Source: an uncultured Bacteroidales bacterium (GTDB taxonomy: Bacteria; Bacteroidota; Bacteroidia; Bacteroidales; UBA932). Taken from it: a stretch of DNA of 64,000 nucleotides. A model generated the notes under the pieces. The model had not been told where the DNA came from. It did not search any database and saw only the letters and a list, made by a program, of their open reading frames with translations. Below, one piece after another: positions 13,115 through 25,547 of this stretch. The stretch spans positions 6,331 through 70,330 of the forward strand of contig CAMNHL010000008.1 in NCBI GenBank assembly GCA_946539455.1, read 5' to 3'. The position numbers and the translations under genes are program-made. Every line of letters begins with the position of its first letter. Within the stretch, counting starts at the first letter, position 1.

Positions 13115-15260
13115 GAAGCTTCTCCCGCCTGATACTTGCGGCTGCTGCCGTATTGCTCTGTGCCTGCAGCACTACCAGGGTGCTTGCTCCGGGGGAGTAC
13201 AGGCTTGCGCGCAACACGGTGAAGGTGCAAGACAAAAAATCAGGCGTATCCGCATCCGACCTTTCGTCGTATGTGCGCCAGAAAGCCAACTCTTATTTCA
13301 TTTTCGGCTGGAACCCTGGCCTGAACATCTACAACTGGTCTGACCCTGCAAAGGACAACTGGATCAACAACGCCCTCCGCACGATAGGCACGGCGCCGGT
13401 AGTGTTCAACGGCATGCAGGTTCCGAGTTCCTGCGACAACATCGCAAAACACCTTGACTATCTGGGATATTACAATTCCAAGGTTACATCAAAAGTAGAT
13501 ACCGTACGCCGCCTGGTGAACGTCAGCTATGACGTCGTCCCGGGGAAGCGCAGCCGGATAGACAGCATAGTGTACCGTGTGCCCGGAGGAGAATTCGAGG
13601 AGGAATTCCGCAAAGACCTGCGCCGCACCCTGATACATCCCGGCGATTATCTCAGCGAAAAGGCTCTCGAGGCAGAGAGCGTCCGCGGTGCCACCTTCTT
13701 CAGGAACAGGGGCTATTACGACCTCACCAAGCACAATTACGTTTTCGAGGCCGACACCCTCGGCGATAAGAACATCCTCACTTACCGCATACAGGAGTAC
13801 AGCCGAAACGAACCCAGTATCGCCGCGACGCCCCTTCGCAAATACCACATAGGCAAGGTGAGCATAGAACATTCCGCCGACGTTCCGTTCCGGGAGAGCG
13901 TGCTTCGTGGCGTCAATGTGATTCATCCGGGCGACCTGTACAGCGAAGCCCTCATCAACCGCAGCTACAACCGCCTCGCCTCGCTTCGCGTCTTCAACAA
14001 CGTTGGAGTGGAACTGGTGCCAGTGGATACGGCGACTGTGGACTGCCGCATCACCATGGGGGAGAGCAAGCTGCAGGGATTCAAACTCAACCTCGAGGCT
14101 TCCACCAATTCCTCCGGGCTGCTGGGAGTGTCACCCAAGGTCAATTTCTACAACAAGAATATCTTCCATGGCGGGGAATGGCTCAGCCTGGGCTTCTCCG
14201 GGAACTTCCAGTGGCAGCCAGGAACCGATACCAGGGCTAACGAATTCGGTGTGAACGCCTCGCTCAGCTTCCCCCGTTTCCTGGGGCTGCCGTACAGCGC
14301 GTTCCGCGGTGCCAACATCCCCCGTACGGAGATTCAGGCGTCGCTCAACTACCAGAACCGTCCGGAATTCCTTCGCTGGATAGGTACCCTTTCGTATGGT
14401 TATTCGGGCCGCAGCCGAAATTTCCAGTATCAGGTTTATCCGCTGCACGCCACGGTAATCAAGGTCGGCAATATGACCGACAAGTTTGCCTTGTCCCTGC
14501 TCCGCAACATCTACCTGTGGGACAGCTTTTCCGATCATATCGACGCCGGCTTGAGCGGCCAGATTTACTGGAGCTCCTCGAACGAAATCGTTCCGCAGGG
14601 GCGCTTTTCCTACGTGAGGCTGGGACTCGACAGCTCCGGCAACATCATTTCCATATTCAACAAGCTGCTGCCGGTCGATGAATACGGAGCACCTGTTATC
14701 TTCGGACTCTCGTATTCGCGTTATACCAGGCTGGCCCTTCAATTCGGCCACAGCTTCGTCTTCGGCCCTTCCACCAGACTCGCCCTCCATTTCGACGGCG
14801 GAGCGGGACGTGCATACGGAAACTCTTCGGCGATGCCTTTCGAAAAGAGTTTCTTTGCCGGCGGCGCCAGCAGCATGCGAGGCTGGCAGGCCCGTTCGCT
14901 GGGACCCGGAGACGACGAACTGATGGATTTCTTTACGATACCCAGCCAGTCCGGCGACTGGAAGCTGGAGGTCGGTGCCGAACTGAGGCAGCATCTGTTC
15001 TGGAAGATTGAAGGGGCCCTTTTTGCAGAAGCCGGAAACGTATGGAGCTTCGATGACCGCTATCCCGACTGGCCTTCTACGATTGCCGCCGACTGGGGCC
15101 TCGGCATCAGGCTTAATCTGTCTTTCATTCTGCTCCGTCTCGACTTGGGCATAAAACTTTATGAGCCCTGCCAGCCCGAGGGGTCCCGCCTGCGCATGCC
15201 CGACCAGTGGCTGCAAAGTGGCGGAAGCGCCTTGCACTTCGGCGTGGGCTATCCTTTCTG

Positions 15261-15261
<1 letters not shown>
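13111..15261 (+). CDS. Omp85-family (TamL/BamA-like) outer-membrane lipoprotein
   Basis: Lipobox CAC, POTRA-like segments, GGASSMRGW, C-terminal GVGYPF. Confidence 0.88.
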
Positions 15262-17004
<1,743 letters not shown>

Positions 17005-17011
17005 TTAGATT

Positions 17012-18724
17012 TTAATTTAAAGGTTGATACGTGCGGCCCTTGCCGTCATAGCCAGAATTCTTGAAGAACTCCAGGAAATTGAGACGCAGGGGGTGGACAA
17101 AGGCTCCGAGACAGCACATTGCGAAGTTTAGAGCATGTCCGATTATTAAGATTACAACGAAAGCCAGCCAGCCGAAGCCGAAAGATCCGTCGCCGAGAGT
17201 CATGACGGCGATGTCGTTGAAGGCTTTGCCGAGCATGCCGCCGGCGAGGCCGAGGGCGTACAGACGCAGGTAGCTCAGTACGTCACCAAGCAAGCCGGTG
17301 ACGGTGTTGTAAGTTTCCCACAGGCCGGATCCGATGTTTTTGAGAGGATTGCGGTGAATGTCGTTGAAGAGGAAAATACCAAGTGCCGAAATCACTCCGA
17401 GCGCAATAACAATCCACTTTATCGCAGCTGCCGGCAGGAGTTTGAACATAGCCAGGGCAGCTATTATTACGCCTCCGACTATCAGGAGGGTCCAGCCCCA
17501 GACTCCCAGGGAGCCGAGGAAACCCTTGTTGCGGGTTGCATACACGGTCTTGACGACCATGGCGAGGCAGAGGTGGACTACGCCGATAATCAGTGAAATG
17601 ACCATCTGAGCCTCGAATCCGCCTATCGTTCCTGTAATCATCACTGCCTTGAGCCAGGAAGGAATCCACGGCAGCGCGGAAATATCTACTCCGAAGAAGG
17701 TGTGCATAAGGATGCCGCAGAGAAGGGTTCCGACACCCAGTATCGTCACAAGGGGGGCGAGGTTTTTCATGCTCTCCACCTTGCGGAGCAAAATACCGCC
17801 GATGATCAGCAGCAGGCCGTATCCTGCGTCGCCCATGCACATCGCAAAGAAGAGCAGGAAGAAGATCGATAAGTACGGAGTCGGGTCGAATTCGTTATAA
17901 TCGGGCCTTCCGTACATGTCTGTAAGGACTTCGAAATTGCGTACGAACTTATTGTTCTTCAGCTTTATAGGTGGATTATCCTCTACGGTTGCTTCAGATG
18001 CGGTCCATACGCACGGCAGCTGGTCGAAAGCGCTTGCGAGACGCTCCGATTCTTCTGTCGGGGCGAAGCCTTCGAAGACCGTAAGGCCTCCGTCGGCAGC
18101 GGATTCTCCGGAAACCGAAGCGAGGTACATGCTGAGCTGCCTGCGGGCGGAAGACATCTCATCCCTAAGAGAAGGAAGAGTCTGCCGGAGTTCCGACAGA
18201 TGCTCCTTGTATTCCTGCACCTCTGCGGTTTTGGCATCCAGTGCGCTCTGTACTTCGGCCACGCTGCGTTCCGGGGAAGGAAGGGGAGTGAACGGCAGAG
18301 GTGCGTCGCCGAGTGTGACGAACCATACCTTTCCCTTGCTGCGCGCCACTTCGCAAATGGCGGCCTGCTCCTGCAGACTCGGCTCGAATTTCTTCTCCGG
18401 AATGCACCAGAAACGCATCTGGAGTCCGAGCTGCTGGATTTTGCTGCGGTCGAATTCGCCCCAGACCTTTACGGCCTCGAGTTCGTTCTCCAATGCGGTG
18501 CGTTCCGTCTCCAGCTCTTTGAGCGTGGAATCGGTGCCCCTTTCGATGCGTGTAATTTCCGAGCCTATGGCATCTATGCGGGAGAGCATTCCGGAGGATT
18601 TTTCATCCACCGGCTTGGACGACCTTGTAATATCCATCACGCCGAGCGCCCCCAGGGACTCGAGGAATGAATCCCGGTCTGCGCTGAGCAGGATAAAGTC
18701 GTAGCGTGTCATTTTATCTATCAT
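17012..18724 (-). CDS. ntpI: V/A-type ATPase subunit I
   Basis: EFDPTP, GDAGYG, DVLSYLRLYAL, HPLRLNFLEFF. Confidence 0.95.
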   Translation of the reverse strand: MIDKMTRYDFILLSADRDSFLESLGALGVMDITRSSKPVDEKSSGMLSRIDAIGSEITRIERGTDSTLKELETERTALENELEAVKVWGEFDRSKIQQLGLQMRFWCIPEKKFEPSLQEQAAICEVARSKGKVWFVTLGDAPLPFTPLPSPERSVAEVQSALDAKTAEVQEYKEHLSELRQTLPSLRDEMSSARRQLSMYLASVSGESAADGGLTVFEGFAPTEESERLASAFDQLPCVWTASEATVEDNPPIKLKNNKFVRNFEVLTDMYGRPDYNEFDPTPYLSIFFLLFFAMCMGDAGYGLLLIIGGILLRKVESMKNLAPLVTILGVGTLLCGILMHTFFGVDISALPWIPSWLKAVMITGTIGGFEAQMVISLIIGVVHLCLAMVVKTVYATRNKGFLGSLGVWGWTLLIVGGVIIAALAMFKLLPAAAIKWIVIALGVISALGIFLFNDIHRNPLKNIGSGLWETYNTVTGLLGDVLSYLRLYALGLAGGMLGKAFNDIAVMTLGDGSFGFGWLAFVVILIIGHALNFAMCCLGAFVHPLRLNFLEFFKNSGYDGKGRTYQPLN

Positions 18725-19332
18725 AACTGCTCCTCCTCCGCTTCTGCCGCTGCGTGGCGGTTCTTTACTATTTTGGACGAAGCCTTGGAAAGGTTTTCTT
18801 CGTCTTCCATGTAACGTTTGATTTTGCGTATCGCTTCTTGGTAACCGGGAATCTGGACCTTCTCGTAAAGGTTGACCTTCTGAGTGGTCTTTTTGCGGTT
18901 GAATTCCAGGATACGCCTCCTTTCTTCACTGATTTCGGACTCTATGCCCAAGGTGCTCAGTTCCTGCAATATACGCACGCCGTCGGCATACCAGGCCGGC
19001 TTGGCGAAGGCGTTGAAGGCCTTGAGCTCGAAGTCGATTCCGTCGAGCTGCGGCGCATTTACGCCGGCAATCTTGACGGTCTTGAGCCGGACGTCGCGGA
19101 TACTGATGAGGCCGGGTTCGAATTCATTCCACAGGGCGGCCAGATAGTCGTACTCCTGCAGTTTGCTTTCGAGCTCGGCAGCCTGCGCCTGTGCCTGGTT
19201 CTTGGCGGCAATGACGCTCACGCGCAGGGCGGACTCCTTGTTCTTGAGGGTAGGGAGTGCGTTCTGGCGGACCTTGAGCTGCTTGCCCAGTGCTGTCAGT
19301 GAAGTTTTGTTGTATTGAAACTTGACTGCCAT
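18721..19332 (-). CDS. ntpD: V/A-type ATPase subunit D
   Basis: MAVKFQYNKT, LPTLKNKE, TTQKVNLYEKVQIP; start reassigned to the ATG overlapping the ntpB stop. Confidence 0.93.
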   Translation of the reverse strand: MAVKFQYNKTSLTALGKQLKVRQNALPTLKNKESALRVSVIAAKNQAQAQAAELESKLQEYDYLAALWNEFEPGLISIRDVRLKTVKIAGVNAPQLDGIDFELKAFNAFAKPAWYADGVRILQELSTLGIESEISEERRRILEFNRKKTTQKVNLYEKVQIPGYQEAIRKIKRYMEDEENLSKASSKIVKNRHAAAEAEEEQL

Positions 19333-20651
19333 CAGGCTATCCAATATTTGTCTATAAGTGACTGTTTGATACCCGTTTCGGCGGGAGAGAAGTACTTGGC
19401 GAAGAGCGACCATGCGGTATCGAGCATCTCTTCGATGCTGATGTTGACGTCGATGCTCAGCAGGCGGGTGGCATAGTCTTTTGCGTAATCCAGGCAGCGG
19501 AGATCGTAGTCGGAGAGGTCGAAACCGTTTTGGAGCTTGGTCTTGGCGTTCTGGGCATCGGCGTAAAGGCGCACGCCGGCATTCATCACCTGACTGTGGT
19601 CCTCGCGGGTTTTCTTGCCCTGGACGAGCTGCTTGAGTCGGCTCAGACTGCGGAAAGGATCAACGATGACCTTGCCGGAATCGGAATCGGCACGCAGGAA
19701 GATCTGTCCTTCGGTAATGTATCCAGTGTTGTCGGGGATTGCATGAGTGATATCGCCGTCGTTGAGCGTGGTGACCGCGATGATGGTTATGGAACCGCCG
19801 TCGGGAAGCTGCACAGCCTTTTCGTATATCTTTGCCAGGTCGGAGTAGAGCGAACCTGGCATGGAGTCCTTGGAAGGAATCTGGTCCATACGGTTGCTTA
19901 CGATCGACAGGGCGTCGGCGTACAGGGTCATATCTGTCAGCAGCACAAGCACTTTCTCATTCTTGTCAACCGCAAAGTACTCGGCGGCGGTAAGTGCCAT
20001 GTCGGGTATGAGCAGGCGCTCCACGGGCGGTTCCTCGGTGGTGTTGACGAAGGATACGATTCGGTCGAGGGCTCCGGCGCTCTCGAAAGCGTGACGGAAG
20101 AAAAGATAGTCGTCGTTGGTCAGTCCCATGCCTCCCAGGATGATCTTGTCCACATCGGCTCGCAGGGCGACGTCGGCCATTACCTGGTTGTAGGGCTGGT
20201 CGGGGTCTGCGAAGAACGGAATCTTCTGGCCCGACACAAGGGTGTTGTTGAGATCGATGCCGGCGATGCCGGTGGGAATCAACTCGCTGGGCTGGCGGCG
20301 CTTGTAGGGGTTGACGGAAGGTCCGCCGGCCTCGCGCTCAATGCCTTCCACCTCGGGGCCGCCGTCGATGGGCTTGCCGTATGCATTGAAGAAACGGCCC
20401 GACAGCTGCTCGCTGACCTTCAGGGTAGGAGGGGCTCCGAAGAAAGATACCTCCGCATCGGTAGGTACGCCCTCCGTGCCGGAGAACACCTGCAGGGTGA
20501 CGCGGTCGCCGCTGGTCTTGACGACCTGGGCGAGCCTGCCGCCGACGGATGCGAGTTCGTCGTTGGCCACGCCCTTGGCATCGAGCGAAACGGTCGCCTT
20601 TGTGATGGACTGCAGCTTTGTATATGTACGTTGATATGCTTTAGTTGCCAT
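19332..20651 (-). CDS. ntpB: V/A-type ATPase subunit B
   Basis: GQKIPFF, LTDMT, PGSLYSDLA, PDNTGYITEGQ, SLSRL. Confidence 0.96.
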   Translation of the reverse strand: MATKAYQRTYTKLQSITKATVSLDAKGVANDELASVGGRLAQVVKTSGDRVTLQVFSGTEGVPTDAEVSFFGAPPTLKVSEQLSGRFFNAYGKPIDGGPEVEGIEREAGGPSVNPYKRRQPSELIPTGIAGIDLNNTLVSGQKIPFFADPDQPYNQVMADVALRADVDKIILGGMGLTNDDYLFFRHAFESAGALDRIVSFVNTTEEPPVERLLIPDMALTAAEYFAVDKNEKVLVLLTDMTLYADALSIVSNRMDQIPSKDSMPGSLYSDLAKIYEKAVQLPDGGSITIIAVTTLNDGDITHAIPDNTGYITEGQIFLRADSDSGKVIVDPFRSLSRLKQLVQGKKTREDHSQVMNAGVRLYADAQNAKTKLQNGFDLSDYDLRCLDYAKDYATRLLSIDVNISIEEMLDTAWSLFAKYFSPAETGIKQSLIDKYWIA

Positions 20652-22395
20652 AGTCGCTGATGAGTTTGTTGATGGATTCGCGGTAATTCTTGAATGCTTC
20701 GGACTCGAATTCTGAGTAATTCATCTGGCGCATTACATTGATGAGCTGCTTGAAGAATGCGCTGCATTTCTCGTAATCGTCGAAATTGAAGCTGCGGTCG
20801 CATATATCCAGTATGAGGTTCAGCATAAAGCGCTGACGCTCAATGGGGCATACGGAGTCCACCGCGTCGAAGGCATCCTGCTGGAGAAAGGCGAAGTCTA
20901 TCAGTTCGCTCTTCCAGAAAGCCTCGTGGTAGCTCATGGGGACGCCGTCGTCGCCCAGGATGTTGATCTGCTCGGCCATCTCTTTGCCTCGGCGCACATA
21001 GTTCTTCGCCTTAAGCACCAGCTCTATCCAGCCTTTCTGAATCATTGCTTCAAGTGACTCCTGTATCTCTGGATATTCCAGATATTTGGAATAGGACTCA
21101 ACAGGGTTGACAGCAGGGTAGCGCTTCTGGTCGGCTCGGTTCTGCTCGAGGGCGTAGAAGCAGCGAGCGGCTTTCTTGGTGCTCTCGGTCACAGGCTCCT
21201 TGAGGTTGCCGCCGGCAGGGGAGACGGTGCCTATGAAGGTAACCGATCCGGTCTGTCCGTTGCCAAGCACGACCTGGCCGGCGCGAGCGTAGAAGTTGGA
21301 AATGATGGCGGACAGATCGACAGGGAAGGCGTCCTGTCCGGGGAGTTCCTCCATGCGGTTGGACATCTCGCGAAGGGCCTGCGCCCAGCGGGATGTGGAG
21401 TCAGCAAGCAGCAGGCAGCGGTAACCCATGGCCCTGTAGTATTCGCAGATGGTCATGGCGGTATAGACCGATGCCTCACGTGCCGCTACCGGCATGTTGG
21501 AGGTATTGCAGATGATAACCGTGCGCTCCATGAGCTTGCGGCCGGTATGGGGGTCGATGAGCTCGGGGTATTCGGTGAAGATTTCCACGACCTCGTTGGC
21601 ACGCTCGCCGCAGGCAGCCATGACTACGATGTCGGCCTCTCCCTGCTTTGCGATTGCGTGCTGCAGCACGGTCTTTCCGCAGCCGAAAGGACCGGGGATG
21701 AATCCCGTACCGCCTTCCGCTATGGGGTTGAAGGTATCGATGATGCGGACGCCGGTCTCCATTATCTTGGACGGACGGGGCTTCTCCCTGTAACCGCGTA
21801 CGGCGACCTTTACCGGCCATTTCTGTACCATGGTTACGGGATGGTCCTCTCCGTCGGCATCGGTAAGGACGGCAATCGTGTGGTCGATGTTATAAGATCC
21901 GGCGGGCGCCAGTTCCTTGACGGTATATTCGCCTTCGAAACTGAACGGGACCATGATTTTGTGAGGCAGCCAGCCTTCCATCACCTCTCCCAGCCAGTCG
22001 GCGGCACGGACGCTGTCTCCGACTGCGGCAAGGGGCTTGAAGTCCCATAATTGCTTGTGGTCCAGAGGGTCCGTGTATTCGCCCCGTTTGAGGAATACGC
22101 CCTCCATGGTGGTAAGGTCATTCTGGAGTCCGTCGTAAATGCCGGAGAGAAGACCCGGGCCAAGACTTGCCTCCAGCATCCTGCCGAGGAAGGTGACCTT
22201 GTCTGAATTCTTGAGCCCGCGTGTGCTTTCAAACACCTGGACGGAAGCCTTGTCGCCGGTAACCTTGATTACCTCGGCGAGCAGGAGCGTGCCGTCCAAG
22301 TCGATGTGGCAGAGTTCGTTTTCCCCGACGGGGCCGTCCACCTTGACGGTCACGAGGTTGGAAACTATGCCAGTGACTATGCCGGTTGTTGCCAT
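20641..22395 (-). CDS. ntpA: V/A-type ATPase subunit A
   Basis: Walker A GPFGCGKT, GERANE, NTSNMPVAAREAS, DSTSRWA. Confidence 0.97.
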   Translation of the reverse strand: MATTGIVTGIVSNLVTVKVDGPVGENELCHIDLDGTLLLAEVIKVTGDKASVQVFESTRGLKNSDKVTFLGRMLEASLGPGLLSGIYDGLQNDLTTMEGVFLKRGEYTDPLDHKQLWDFKPLAAVGDSVRAADWLGEVMEGWLPHKIMVPFSFEGEYTVKELAPAGSYNIDHTIAVLTDADGEDHPVTMVQKWPVKVAVRGYREKPRPSKIMETGVRIIDTFNPIAEGGTGFIPGPFGCGKTVLQHAIAKQGEADIVVMAACGERANEVVEIFTEYPELIDPHTGRKLMERTVIICNTSNMPVAAREASVYTAMTICEYYRAMGYRCLLLADSTSRWAQALREMSNRMEELPGQDAFPVDLSAIISNFYARAGQVVLGNGQTGSVTFIGTVSPAGGNLKEPVTESTKKAARCFYALEQNRADQKRYPAVNPVESYSKYLEYPEIQESLEAMIQKGWIELVLKAKNYVRRGKEMAEQINILGDDGVPMSYHEAFWKSELIDFAFLQQDAFDAVDSVCPIERQRFMLNLILDICDRSFNFDDYEKCSAFFKQLINVMRQMNYSEFESEAFKNYRESINKLISDYGN

Positions 22396-22398
22396 ATA

Positions 22399-22965
22399 TT
22401 ATCTGCTTTTTCTGATTTCTTCTACTAATTTGCGGAACATCGCCCGGCCCGATTCGGGATCGAGCTTGTTCCAGCGGTCGGTTATCTTAATTTTAGCGAT
22501 GAATGCCAGGATGATGTCGATGTCGAACAGATGAAGGGTGGTGAGTTCCTCCGCTTTTTCCCACATGAGGTCGTCCAGGCCGCGTTCCCGTTTGAGTATG
22601 TCCGTCTGCTCGAGCACTGCGCTCACCAGAGGCTTTTCGTCGAACTCGACGGCTTCGGGCAGGTCGATGACATCCTCGGAGAGGGGACGTCCGAGTTTGG
22701 CGTTCAGGTATTCCGTCTTGGTATTCCGAACCCTGAGGTCCCACAGGAAGTATTCCCTCAGGAAAGCGTTTTTACTGCAGATGGCGCCGGAATAGAATTC
22801 CGGAGTGAGCCGGTCTGCGACAAATCCGTCCATCAGGGTGTCAATCAGGACGTTGTCGGACTTGGAACACTGACTGCGAATGGCTTCCACGAGTCCGTCG
22901 GCATCCAATGTGCCGGCAGCCTTCGGAACGGGAAGGGACGCTATTATGTATTCGTAATTATTCAC
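22399..22965 (-). CDS. DUF2764 family protein (putative V-ATPase subunit C equivalent)
   Basis: YEYIIASLP N-terminus; lies between subunits E and A; GTG start overlapping the ntpE stop. Confidence 0.82.
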   Translation of the reverse strand: MNNYEYIIASLPVPKAAGTLDADGLVEAIRSQCSKSDNVLIDTLMDGFVADRLTPEFYSGAICSKNAFLREYFLWDLRVRNTKTEYLNAKLGRPLSEDVIDLPEAVEFDEKPLVSAVLEQTDILKRERGLDDLMWEKAEELTTLHLFDIDIILAFIAKIKITDRWNKLDPESGRAMFRKLVEEIRKSR

Positions 22966-23557
22966 CGAAAAGAAGTTTGCGGGTAACGGGACGGAGATAT
23001 TCGCAGATAAGCGAGTCAAAGGTCTTGTCGGTCATGCTCACAAAGTAGCTGCCGTCTTTGGGACCGATGGTGAAACCGCCTGCGATTTTCTTGCTGAAGC
23101 TTGCCTGGACAGGGGAGCCGAGCGCCTTCGACAGGCTGGCGGACACCCAGGGCTCAAGCTGCTCCTTGAGGCTTTCCGGCAGCACCAGGGCGATGTCGGC
23201 GCCTTCTGTCGCGCTGAAGCGTTCGGCAACCTTCAGGATGATTTCCTTAAGGAAGTCGGGATTCGATGTAAAGTTCTGCGATGCGATTTTGGCAACGAGC
23301 AGATTCTCGATGTCGGAACGGGTTGCCTGGAGCGCCTGGGCGGATGCCATGCGCACATCGGCTTCGGCCTTCTGGAGCAGGGATTCGGCTGTCTTCTTGG
23401 CTTCTGCGACGATGCCCTCTGCCTCGTTGCGGGCGGAGCTGACTATGCTCTCCGCCTGCTCGCGGGCCTGTGCGAGAATGCGGTCGCCTTCTTCGCGTCC
23501 CTTGGCAAGACCTTGATTGTAGAGTTGGTCGGTTAGTTCCTGTAATTTGTTCTGCAT
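22958..23557 (-). CDS. ntpE: V/A-type ATPase subunit E
   Basis: MQNKLQELTDQLYNQG coiled coil, GGFTIGPKDGSY, YLRP. Confidence 0.9.
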   Translation of the reverse strand: MQNKLQELTDQLYNQGLAKGREEGDRILAQAREQAESIVSSARNEAEGIVAEAKKTAESLLQKAEADVRMASAQALQATRSDIENLLVAKIASQNFTSNPDFLKEIILKVAERFSATEGADIALVLPESLKEQLEPWVSASLSKALGSPVQASFSKKIAGGFTIGPKDGSYFVSMTDKTFDSLICEYLRPVTRKLLFGE

Positions 23558-23578
23558 AATTATATATTGTATCAATTG

Positions 23579-24721
23579 TTATCCCAGGAAGCCCAGCAGT
23601 ATGCCTGCAGCTACCGCGGAGCCGATTACGCCGGCGACGTTGGGTGCCATGGCGTGCATCAGGAGATGATTCTTGGGGTTGGCCTCGCGTCCTGCCATTT
23701 CCGATACTCTCGCACTGTCGGGGACGGCGGAAACTCCGGCGTTTCCGATGAGCGGATTGATCTTGCGTTCGGGACGTAGGAACAAGTTCCAAATCTTAAC
23801 AAAAAGTACGCCGCTGGTAGTGGCGATTATGAAAGAAATCAGGCCGAGAAGGAATATTTTCACGGAATTCCCGGTAAGGAACTGGTCGGCCTGCGTGGAC
23901 GCTCCGACGGTAATGCCTATGAGCATGGTGACCACGTCGATCATAGGGCCGGCGGCGGTATTGGCGAGGCGGCGGGTAACACCCGACTCCTTGAGAAGAT
24001 TGCCGAAAAACAGCATGCCGAGCAGGGGGAGTCCGGAAGGTACGATGAACGCAGTGCAGATGAAGCCGACGATGGGGAAGATAATCTTCTCTTTCTGACT
24101 GACTTCACGCGGCTTGGGCATTTCTATCAGGCGCTCCTTCTTGGTGGTGAGCAGGCGCATGATAGGTTTCTGGATGACAGGAACGAGGGCCATGTAGGAA
24201 TACGCGCTCACGGCAATAGCGCCCATGAGTTCGGGAGCGAGCTTGGAACTCAGGAAGATGGCGGTCGGTCCGTCGGCTCCACCGATGATGCCTATCGCAC
24301 CTGCTTCGCTGGGAGAGAATCCGAAGGCGAGGGCAAGCATGTAGGCCCCGAAAATGCCCATCTGGGCTGCGGCGCCGATGAGCATCAGTCGCGGCTGCGA
24401 GATGAGGGCGGAAAAGTCCGTCATGGCACCGATTCCCAGGAATATAAGCGGGGGATACCATCCTTGCCGGACACCCTGGTAGAGGATGTTGAGTACGGAC
24501 CCTTGTTCGTAAATGCCTATGTTGAGACCCTGAAAAATGGGAATGTTGCCTATGATGATGCCGAAACCTATGGGTACCAGCAGCATGGGCTCCCATTCCT
24601 TTACTATGCCCAGGGTGATGAAGACTATTCCGATCAGTATCATTACCAGATGCTGCCAGGTGCAGTTGGCGAATCCGGTAAACTGCCAGAATTGAGCGAG
24701 TGAATCTATAACCTGCTCCAT
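23579..24721 (-). CDS. mmdB: Na+-translocating decarboxylase beta subunit (MmdB/OadB)
   Basis: GIGAMTDF, GAAAQ, IGIIGGADGPT, AYSYMALVP, NVAGVIGS. Confidence 0.95.
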   Translation of the reverse strand: MEQVIDSLAQFWQFTGFANCTWQHLVMILIGIVFITLGIVKEWEPMLLVPIGFGIIIGNIPIFQGLNIGIYEQGSVLNILYQGVRQGWYPPLIFLGIGAMTDFSALISQPRLMLIGAAAQMGIFGAYMLALAFGFSPSEAGAIGIIGGADGPTAIFLSSKLAPELMGAIAVSAYSYMALVPVIQKPIMRLLTTKKERLIEMPKPREVSQKEKIIFPIVGFICTAFIVPSGLPLLGMLFFGNLLKESGVTRRLANTAAGPMIDVVTMLIGITVGASTQADQFLTGNSVKIFLLGLISFIIATTSGVLFVKIWNLFLRPERKINPLIGNAGVSAVPDSARVSEMAGREANPKNHLLMHAMAPNVAGVIGSAVAAGILLGFLG

Positions 24722-25164
24722 CAGCTTAATCTCACAAGTTCCGCTCCTTCCAGTACGGAATCACCTTTGTGCACGAGGATGGCGGCTACGGTGCCGTCTG
24801 TCTCCGCCTGGATCTCATTTTCCATCTTCATCGCCTCGAGAACCGCAATCTTCTGGCCTTTCTTGACAGCCTCGCCTTCCTTGACGTCGATGCTGATTAT
24901 GACACCGGGAAGGGGAGAACATACTGTAGTGCCGGCCCCGGAAGGCGCTGCCGCAGGTGCAGAAGCAGCCGCGGGTGCAGGAGAAGACGGTGCCGGCGCG
25001 GGCTGCTGGGCCTGGACAGGTGCCGCCGGAGCCTGACGGGGAGCATCTGAGAGTTCTACTGTATATGACACGCCGTTGACGCTCACGTTTGCCGTGCGCT
25101 CCTCGATGCCGAGGATATCCACTGCGTATTCTTTGCCGTTTAAGCTAAACTTGTAACTTTTCAT
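24721..25164 (-). CDS. mmdC: Biotin carboxyl carrier subunit (MmdC-like)
   Basis: Ala/Pro linker and biotinylation motif EAMKMEN. Confidence 0.92.
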   Translation of the reverse strand: MKSYKFSLNGKEYAVDILGIEERTANVSVNGVSYTVELSDAPRQAPAAPVQAQQPAPAPSSPAPAAASAPAAAPSGAGTTVCSPLPGVIISIDVKEGEAVKKGQKIAVLEAMKMENEIQAETDGTVAAILVHKGDSVLEGAELVRLS

Positions 25165-25547
25165 TTTGTAAGTGGTTTCTTTCTGAGGTTAAGGGACTTG
25201 TCGGACCATGACGAGGGGAGGTCACGCCTTATTGTAATGAACCCTGGTTCATAGTCATGAACAGATTGGGAAAGGTACATGTGCAGGGCGGTTGCGATAA
25301 CCGCAGCCACTTCTTCCGTGTCGTCGTCGGACAGGCAACGGTCGAGCGCAAGGGCTATCACCGCGGCCGTCTCGGGGTCCGGGTTGCCGGAGGGCTTTCT
25401 TTTTTTGCGCTGCAGTTTCCCCGTGAAGATGGCTCCCGACAATGAATACAGTCCGTAGAGAATGAGGAGAGCGGAGAAAACTACAGTCACGGCTACGATG
25501 GTCAATGTCAGGCCGTGCGGGTCGTTGAGCATTTCAAGAATCATCAT
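25161..25547 (-). CDS. OadG/MmdD-family membrane anchor subunit
   Basis: Single TM ...[14 protein letters not shown] motif (duplicated), HD...ITI, SSW. Confidence 0.85.
   Translation of the reverse strand: MMILEMLNDPHGLTLTIVAVTVVFSALLILYGLYSLSGAIFTGKLQRKKRKPSGNPDPETAAVIALALDRCLSDDDTEEVAAVIATALHMYLSQSVHDYEPGFITIRRDLPSSWSDKSLNLRKKPLTK

Noticed and set aside
23548-23577. Second dif-like string (GCATAATTATATATTGTATC) at the ntpE start
   Set aside because: The spacer would be 7 bp, the XerD arm is poor, it overlaps a start codon, and KOPS polarity does not switch here.
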